Source: Bacteroidetes bacterium GWA2_31_9b
GTDB taxonomy: Bacteria > Bacteroidota > Bacteroidia > Bacteroidales > UBA12077
NCBI GenBank assembly: GCA_001769005.1
Contig: MENE01000037.1
Span: 1-33,586 of the forward strand
Direction: 5' to 3'
Length of the DNA stretch: 33,586 nt
Below the pieces are notes generated by a model. It ran no database searches. It was not told the origin of the DNA and saw nothing but the letters and a program-made list of their open reading frames with translations. Positions within the stretch are counted from its first letter, which is position 1, and every line of letters starts with the position of its first letter. Below are positions 27,771 through 33,586 of this stretch, one piece after another. A program made the position numbers and the translations under genes.

Positions 27771-29723
27771 ATGCAAAACTTAAAAAGACTAAAACCATAT
27801 AAATCTGAAAGACCTTTAAGAACAATTAATAAAATAAGAAATATTCTTGGTGAACATGATATTTTTACAATTGAAAGCCATATAATAGATGATGCCGATT
27901 TTCATTCCTGTCATGTAACTTTTGACAATAGCACTTTAGCTTTACTTGGAATAGCAACCAATGGAAAAGGTTTGAGTAGAGAATATTCTTTAGCAAGCGG
28001 ATATGCAGAATTCCTCGAAAGAATCCAAAATAATGCAAAAATTCATTTGCAGAATTATCAGGCTACCAAACGCTATTTGGAAAACGAAAATATGAATAAT
28101 GCTTTTCATAGAAAATTAAAACAAGAAGATTTGGTTCAGGATTTTAGATTCGCTCCTGACGAAAAATTTTTAAACATAGAAAAAGCGGTAAATGAGCAAC
28201 CAGATATTTATCAAAAAATTTTAAACTTGAATGATAATAAAGAAATCATTCAATTTATTGAAGAAGAACTATGTACCAATGAGATTGAAACTGTTCCTTT
28301 TTATGAGGTAAATAGTAATGAAATTAAAGAATTACCAATTCGATTAATTCAGAATGTTTGTGGAACAAATGGGATGTGTTCTGGTAACAACAAGATTGAA
28401 GCAATTTTACAAGGTATATCTGAAATTTTTGAACGATATGCAATAAGAGAAATATATTTAAAAGAGCTTTCACTTCCAACAATCCCACTTGAAGTATTTA
28501 TGGGAAATGAAATTTATGAGAGAATAAAAAAATTAGAATTAGAGAAAAGTTATACTTTCATTATCAAAGATTGTTCTTTAGGAATAGGTTTGCCTGTTTT
28601 AGGTGCACTTATTATTGATCATTCAAATAGCACATATACACTACATTTAGGTGCTGACCCAAGCCCAATAACTGCACTTGAAAGATGTTTTACTGAAGTT
28701 TATCAAGGGGGAAAAAATGCACGATTTAAGCCTGTTCATTACAATACTAAAGATATTTTCAGCTTTTTAGGAGCTAATAATCAAAAATCCCGAGAATGGA
28801 ATAAGTTAAATCAAATGTATAAAACCATTAAACAAGGTACGGGGTATTGGCCTGATTCAATATTTCTAAACAAAGAATCATATTCTTTTAATGGATTTGA
28901 AAACCCGGTATCTTATAGTAATGAAAAAGATATGAATTATTTTCTAAATATTATTGAAAGAAACAATTACAAACTTTTTATTAGAGATCATTCATTTTTG
29001 GGTTTTGACTCTTTTTACATTTATATTCCTGAATTAAGCCATTTATATAATATTGCAGATAATAATGCCTGCAAAATTGATTATAAACTAAAGCAGAAGT
29101 TTACTATTCTTGCTAACCTAAATAAAGCAAATGAAAATGATATTAAACAGGTTGTTGAACTAATTGAAGAAGATTACAATCATCCAAGATTCAGTGAAAA
29201 AAATATTAGACAGTACTTTTTGGCAAATCTAAATTTTGAATTTGTTGACATGTCACCTGAACTTTTCTTAGTGATGTTAAATTACAGAATTCAAAATTTT
29301 GATAAAGCATTTTATTTTTTAAATCAACACCTGATTAATTGTAAATCTGAAAATAATATTAATTATGCTTATTTATATGCTATATCAGAATATTTAAAAT
29401 TAAAAATTGAGAAAAACTCTAACGAAGATATTTTTAATAGATTGAGAATCCAATTTACTGAAAATATGGCTAATGATGTAATAAATGATATGGATAAAAA
29501 TGAAGAAATATTTAAATATCATAGACTTCCTTCATGTTTCGATTGCGATAATTGTCCAGTTTCTAATGAATGTAAATTCTTTGATCTTTTAAAGTGTTAT
29601 AAACCAATAAAAACAGCCTATAAGCTAAATGTTATTGATCAGAATGACTTGTCGAAATTATTTTATAACACGAATGATATTAAAACAAATAATTTATTCA
29701 AAGCAGAGTTTTCATCTAATTAA
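27771..29723 (+). CDS. YcaO-domain protein, stand-alone, with an extended C-terminal region
   Basis: 650 aa. YcaO signatures: NGKGLSREYSLASGYAEFLERIQN, GTNGMCSGNNKIEAILQGISEIFERYA, LHLGADPSPITALERCFTEVYQ. The C-terminal ~250 aa is helical-repeat-like and carries a Cys cluster. It starts 19 nt after the permease stop. Confidence 0.8.
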   Translation: MQNLKRLKPYKSERPLRTINKIRNILGEHDIFTIESHIIDDADFHSCHVTFDNSTLALLGIATNGKGLSREYSLASGYAEFLERIQNNAKIHLQNYQATKRYLENENMNNAFHRKLKQEDLVQDFRFAPDEKFLNIEKAVNEQPDIYQKILNLNDNKEIIQFIEEELCTNEIETVPFYEVNSNEIKELPIRLIQNVCGTNGMCSGNNKIEAILQGISEIFERYAIREIYLKELSLPTIPLEVFMGNEIYERIKKLELEKSYTFIIKDCSLGIGLPVLGALIIDHSNSTYTLHLGADPSPITALERCFTEVYQGGKNARFKPVHYNTKDIFSFLGANNQKSREWNKLNQMYKTIKQGTGYWPDSIFLNKESYSFNGFENPVSYSNEKDMNYFLNIIERNNYKLFIRDHSFLGFDSFYIYIPELSHLYNIADNNACKIDYKLKQKFTILANLNKANENDIKQVVELIEEDYNHPRFSEKNIRQYFLANLNFEFVDMSPELFLVMLNYRIQNFDKAFYFLNQHLINCKSENNINYAYLYAISEYLKLKIEKNSNEDIFNRLRIQFTENMANDVINDMDKNEEIFKYHRLPSCFDCDNCPVSNECKFFDLLKCYKPIKTAYKLNVIDQNDLSKLFYNTNDIKTNNLFKAEFSSN

Positions 29724-29769
29724 TTAAATAGGATTTATATAAAATGTTATTAAATTGATAGTTATATTG

Positions 29770-29794
29770 TTCTTATTGATATAAGAATTTATTT
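29770..29794 (+). terminator. Weak AT-rich stem-loop after the YcaO gene
   Basis: 7-bp stem ttcttat / ataagaa with a 4-nt loop, followed by tttattt. Confidence 0.3.
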
Positions 29795-29888
29795 CTTAAT
29801 AATTGGGATGGGTTAAGTAGTTTAAAAATAAAGTTTTCGAGCTGAGAATCGTTTCTCAAATTAGCTCTCTCAAAGCTATGCAACTTGT

Positions 29889-30005
29889 GTTGATTATGTT
29901 ACTTGAAATGATATCTGTATAACCATGCAGTGGAATACCGATAAAAAGAACCCAGATAAATCATTTCACAAATATCTTGACAATATTAAACTATTTGTAA
30001 AATAG
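29889..30005 (+). pseudogene. 3' remnant of a serine-hydrolase gene paralogous to 16752..17888
   Basis: It translates to VDYVT*NDICITMQWNTDKKNPDKSFHKYLDNIKLFVK*, compared with GYVTIVEYIPGNNICIAMQWNTDKKNPEKSLHMYLENIKEIVKKH. By hand alignment, 24 of 32 residues and 73 of 96 nt are identical. It has an internal stop, a deletion, and no upstream coding body. Confidence 0.6.
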
Positions 30006-30389
30006 GAAAAGATACTGCAAGGCAACAACTTAAAGAGAACATTGTAACTGCGCTAGGCTACTCAAATTTTTCGAGCATTATGCAGACATGATAACTCTGG
30101 TAAAAAGTCACTGCGAATGAGTCCTAAAAGGACGTTCCGAAAGCTTTCGGAAGAAGCAGTCTTTATAAAGATAGCTTCGAATAGCTCGTTATGATTTAAA
30201 AGGGAAAGTTACTACTAAGATTGGATGTTTAAAAATCCTCAAATTAATAGTATTATTTTTTTCGATATATTTTAATATCAATGTTTAAACTTTTTTAAAT
30301 TTTGAAATGTTATACTTAACATAAATTTTGCCATGTATTTTTATTTTTTCTAAATTGTAAATTTATTATAAACTAAACTCTATAAAACT

Positions 30390-31412
30390 ATGAAAACACT
30401 CAAAATTATTGGAATTATTATTATTGTATTAATTGTAATATTCTTATTGTTGGGTATAATTATGCCAAAAGCATATCATGTTGAACGTTCAGCAAGCATT
30501 AATGCACCTGTAGGAATTGTGTTTGATCAGGTAAAATATTTTAAAAACTCTTCAACCTGGGCTCCATGGAATGCATACGATACAAATATGGTTACTACTA
30601 TAGAAGGTGAGGATGGCACTGTTGGAGCAATAAGCAGGTGGAAAGGAAATAAAAATGTTGGTTCTGGTTCTCAGGAAATAGTTACTATTGAAGAGAATAA
30701 ACGAATTGATTTTAAAATGATTTTTCTAGAACCATTTGAATCTGAAAGTATGGCTTATTTCGATCTTATTCAAGAGAATAATACCGTAAATATTACTTGG
30801 GGTTTCGATGGTGTAAATAAGTTCCCATGGAATGCTTTATCCATATTTATGGATATGGATAAAATGTTAGGAGCTGATTTTGAAAAAGGCCTGAATGATT
30901 TAAAAGTAAAATGTGAAGGTATTAATGCTCAAATAGAAAAATATGGATTTCAAATTAGCGAATTCAATTTTGAAGGAAAAGCATATCTTGCTAAAAAGAA
31001 ATCGTTAAAATTTGATGAAATGCATAACTTTTTTGCAACAAATTATGCAGCAATTGGTCAGTTAATTAAAGAAAAAGGAATTGAAATGGATGGTTATCCT
31101 GTAGGTTTATATTATAGCTGGGATATGGAAAAAATGATATCTGAATTAGCAGTTGCAATGCCTGTAAAAGGAATTACTGAATCACCATCACCAGATTTTG
31201 AACTTATTACTTTAGGAAAAAATAAAGCTTTAAAAATTAAATTTTATGGAGATTACGAAAAAATTGGTGATGCTCACATGGCAATGGATGCTTATATGAA
31301 AGACAATAACCTAAAACAATTAGTTCCTGTTATAGAAATATATGTTACTGATCCAATGACCGAGCCCGATACCAGCAAATGGTTAACCAAACTTATATAT
31401 TTTGTTGAGTAG
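30390..31412 (+). CDS. Membrane-anchored SRPBCC-domain / GyrI-like small-molecule-binding protein
   Basis: N-terminal TM. An SRPBCC-like segment (ERSASINAPVGIVFDQVKYFKNSSTWAPW). A C-terminal GyrI-like effector-binding segment (GYPVGLYYSWD ... PVIEIYVTDPMTEPDTSKWLTKLIYFV). Confidence 0.7.
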   Translation: MKTLKIIGIIIIVLIVIFLLLGIIMPKAYHVERSASINAPVGIVFDQVKYFKNSSTWAPWNAYDTNMVTTIEGEDGTVGAISRWKGNKNVGSGSQEIVTIEENKRIDFKMIFLEPFESESMAYFDLIQENNTVNITWGFDGVNKFPWNALSIFMDMDKMLGADFEKGLNDLKVKCEGINAQIEKYGFQISEFNFEGKAYLAKKKSLKFDEMHNFFATNYAAIGQLIKEKGIEMDGYPVGLYYSWDMEKMISELAVAMPVKGITESPSPDFELITLGKNKALKIKFYGDYEKIGDAHMAMDAYMKDNNLKQLVPVIEIYVTDPMTEPDTSKWLTKLIYFVE

Positions 31413-31432
31413 ATTCATGTTTCAGAATATAT

Positions 31433-31458
31433 AAAGCCACTTTTTGTGGCTTTTTTTG
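31433..31458 (+). terminator. Intrinsic terminator
   Basis: aaagccac / gtggcttt stem followed by a T run, 21 nt after the stop. Confidence 0.65.
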
Positions 31459-31578
31459 TATAATAAATCTGTAATCTTTCTTTTTTGACAAGAAATTTTT
31501 GAAACAAAATTTAAACTATTAAACTTGCTACAAGTCAAAAGCTTGTATTTTTGAAAATAATAATTTAAAACTATAATT

Positions 31579-33465
31579 ATGAGAAGACTGTTAATTATTA
31601 CACTTATGTTGATTTGTGTGAGTTCCTTTGCTCAGAAATCAACAAAACAGGAAGTAAAAGAAAATCCATACAAATACACATGGAATTTAACCGATGTTTA
31701 TCCTAACTGGGATGCATGGCAAAAAGATCTTGAATATGTTAATTCTCAGATTCCAAAATATCTTGAGTTTAAAGGTCGTTTAGGCGAGAGTGTACAAACA
31801 ATGCTCGATTTCCAGAAATTTTCTGAAGAAGTTTCGAAAATCAGTTCCAAATTATACATCTATGCTTCTTTAAGTCAGGATGTTGATGGTAAAAATCCAA
31901 TTTATATTACTAAGCTGCAGCAATTACAAACGGTAGGTATAGAAATGAGTAGAAATACTGCTTGGATTCAACCCGAATTAGCTACAATTCCAAAAGAGAA
32001 AATAGAAGGTTGGATGAAAGAGAATAAAGATCTGGCAATTTACAACCACGATTTTGAAAGCTTTTATCGTACTCTGGAACACATTATTGATGAACAAACT
32101 CAAAAAATAATTAGTTATTACAGTCGTGCATTAGGAGCAGCAAGTAATGCTTATGGCTCTCTTTCAACTGCCGATATGGAGTATCATAATGTAACTTTAT
32201 CAACCGGCGAAGAAATTGTAACAAGTCCTGCAAATGCATCAAAAGTTTATTCTGGTAATCCAAATCAGAACGATCGAAAAATAACAGCGAATGCTCGTGA
32301 AGCAGTGTATGCAAAAAATAAAAATACCTATGCCGACCTTTGGATGGGTGTTGCACAAAATCGCTGGGCAAGTTCACAATTACAAGGTTATGAGTCTGGT
32401 CTTGATGCAGTTTTACAATCGAATAATATTCCGAAAGATGTGTATATGAATTTAATCGATGTTGCTAGTAACAATACTGCATCTTTATTAAAATACCGAG
32501 AATTACGTAAAAAAGCTTTAGGACTTGAGAAATATTATTTTTCAGACGAATCGTTCGAATTGGTTGATTTTATGAAAAATTACTCTTGGGAAGAAGCTGT
32601 TGATATGGTTCAGAAATGCTTAAAGCCAATGGGTGACGAATACAATACTCTTTTAAATACTGCTATTCAGGGTGGTTGGATTGATGTTTACGAAAAACCT
32701 GGCAAACGAACAGGTGCTTATAGCTGGTCCATTTATGGTGTGCATCCATATATACTAATGAACTGGGATGAGAGTCGCGACAATGTGTACACACTTGCTC
32801 ACGAATTAGGTCACTCTATGCATAGTATGTTAAGTAGCAAATATCAACCATATACTTATTCAAGTTATGCGTCAATGGTTGCTGAAACTGCTTCTACTTT
32901 CAACGAGAACATGTTACTTGATTATATGATAAAAAACTCAACCGATCCGAATGAAAAGATTGCTTTATTGGTTCAGGCTATCGATAATATTTCAGGTACT
33001 TTCTACCGCCAATCTCAATTTGCTGAGTTCGAATACAAAATGTATACTATGATAGAAAAAGATGAGCCTATGAATGCTGATATAATTGCTAATTTGTATT
33101 TAGAAATTGATAAAAAATACAATGGCGATATTTTTGACCGTTCAGAAGATTTTGCTTACAGTTGGCCAAGAGTTCATCATTTCTTCGGATATTTCTATTA
33201 TGTGTATAATTATGCAGTTTCATTTTCTGCATCAAGCAGTTTATTTAACCAGATAGCTTTGGCCGAAACTCCTGAAGCTTCAAAAGCTGCCCAGGAAAAA
33301 TACCTTACTTTATTAAAGTCAGGAGGAAGTGATTATCCTGTTGAATTGCTTAAAAAAGCAGGTGTTGATTTAAATACCAAAGAGCCATTTTTAGCTGTTA
33401 TTAAACGTATGGATCAGTTGGTTAATCAACTAGAGGTTGCTTTAAAAGAAGCTGGAAAGATCTAA
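31579..33465 (+). CDS. pepF: Oligoendopeptidase F (M3B family), secreted
   Basis: 628 aa with a signal peptide ending SFA-QK. Zinc motif HELGHSMH, with downstream E in AETASTFNE. Length and layout are typical of PepF. Confidence 0.85.
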   Translation: MRRLLIITLMLICVSSFAQKSTKQEVKENPYKYTWNLTDVYPNWDAWQKDLEYVNSQIPKYLEFKGRLGESVQTMLDFQKFSEEVSKISSKLYIYASLSQDVDGKNPIYITKLQQLQTVGIEMSRNTAWIQPELATIPKEKIEGWMKENKDLAIYNHDFESFYRTLEHIIDEQTQKIISYYSRALGAASNAYGSLSTADMEYHNVTLSTGEEIVTSPANASKVYSGNPNQNDRKITANAREAVYAKNKNTYADLWMGVAQNRWASSQLQGYESGLDAVLQSNNIPKDVYMNLIDVASNNTASLLKYRELRKKALGLEKYYFSDESFELVDFMKNYSWEEAVDMVQKCLKPMGDEYNTLLNTAIQGGWIDVYEKPGKRTGAYSWSIYGVHPYILMNWDESRDNVYTLAHELGHSMHSMLSSKYQPYTYSSYASMVAETASTFNENMLLDYMIKNSTDPNEKIALLVQAIDNISGTFYRQSQFAEFEYKMYTMIEKDEPMNADIIANLYLEIDKKYNGDIFDRSEDFAYSWPRVHHFFGYFYYVYNYAVSFSASSSLFNQIALAETPEASKAAQEKYLTLLKSGGSDYPVELLKKAGVDLNTKEPFLAVIKRMDQLVNQLEVALKEAGKI

Positions 33466-33492
33466 ATTATAATTGAATTTAGGATTCAAGGG

Positions 33493-33521
33493 GGGATTGT
33501 CTTTATGGCAATCCCTTTTTA
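33493..33521 (+). terminator. Intrinsic terminator
   Basis: gggattg / caatccc stem (33493-33499 / 33509-33515) followed by ttttt. Confidence 0.6.
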
Positions 33522-33586
33522 ATTCGCTTTTGTAATTTGTTAATTTGGTTCGTGTTTTCGCAAAACTTGTGACAAATATTTCAATA

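Noticed and set aside
29990-30091. Start-less reading frame TICKIGKDTARQQLKENIVTALGYSNFSSIMQT*, whose KIG..ARQQLKEN stretch is reminiscent of the RecA C-terminal region (KIGQGRENAKQFLKEN).
   Set aside because: The match covers only about 15 residues, the frame has no start codon and no upstream body, and short Lys/Glu-rich matches arise easily by chance in AT-rich DNA. It cannot be supported without a database alignment.
30100-30190. Cluster of small hairpins (gtcc-taaaa-ggac, ttccgaaagc/tttcggaa, agct..agct) that might be an ncRNA or REP element.
   Set aside because: The stems are short (4-8 bp), there is no recognisable RNA-family signature or second copy in the window, and the region sits in probably decaying junction DNA. 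The evidence is insufficient to call a feature.
17900-30390. Classical mobile genomic island (integrase, transposase, tRNA attachment site, flanking direct repeats).
   Set aside because: I found none of these by reading both strands. The only boundary signal is the hydrolase remnant at 29889..30005, which is a diverged paralogue and not a recent target-site duplication.
228-32377. Short ORFs in the six-frame track lying antisense to, or nested inside, larger genes: 228..428, 7146..7340, 8169..8462, 9489..9686, 10597..10794, 10840..11121, 11973..12194, 12432..12755, 16387..16584, 16736..17113, 17020..17295, 18423..18677, 22121..22426, 24882..25109, 25946..26137, 27616..27825, 32111..32377.
   Set aside because: Each is fully or mostly overlapped by a longer ORF with clear family motifs on the other strand or frame. 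Their translations are low-complexity, Ile/Leu/Ser/Phe-rich strings, as expected from reading AT-rich coding DNA in the wrong frame. None has a recognisable motif.

Overview
This is a strongly AT-rich bacterial chromosome segment. It holds 23 larger protein genes plus three intact short peptide genes, two of which fall below the ORF-track size cutoff. I recognised no rRNA, tRNA, CRISPR array, integrase or transposase. Two ~800-aa double-FtsX/MacB-like permeases and several lipoprotein serine hydrolases suggest an FCB-group (Bacteroidota/Ignavibacteriota-like) organism, but that is inference only.

Layout:
(i) 1-7.7 kb: housekeeping and envelope genes (3' part of rmuC, def, two L,D-transpeptidase-family genes, an FtsX permease, a serine hydrolase).
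(ii) 7.9-14.6 kb: a signalling block. It contains a REC-4xPAS-HisKA_3 kinase with Glu at the phospho-acceptor position, a NarL-type regulator, a stand-alone receiver, CheW, and an MCP whose extracytoplasmic region is a tandem pair of CZB-like zinc-binding modules. No CheA/CheB/CheR is present.
(iii) 14.9-17.9 kb: a hypothetical secreted protein, a DDAH-like enzyme and a serine hydrolase.
(iv) 18.0-29.7 kb: the most interesting part. An OmpR/HK pair is transcribed divergently from a co-directional locus. That locus encodes three intact and one decayed short Cys4/Gly-rich peptides, a radical SAM-SPASM enzyme with an RRE-like N-terminus, an ABC exporter lacking a C39 protease domain, a double-FtsX permease and a stand-alone YcaO. 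I read this as a RiPP biosynthetic cluster combining YcaO and rSAM chemistry on a microcin-B17-like Gly/Cys/Ser core. I cannot assign it to a named class from memory.
(v) 29.9-33.6 kb: a serine-hydrolase gene remnant at the right border of the locus, an SRPBCC/GyrI-like protein and oligoendopeptidase F.

All functional calls rest on motif recognition by eye; no database search was possible.
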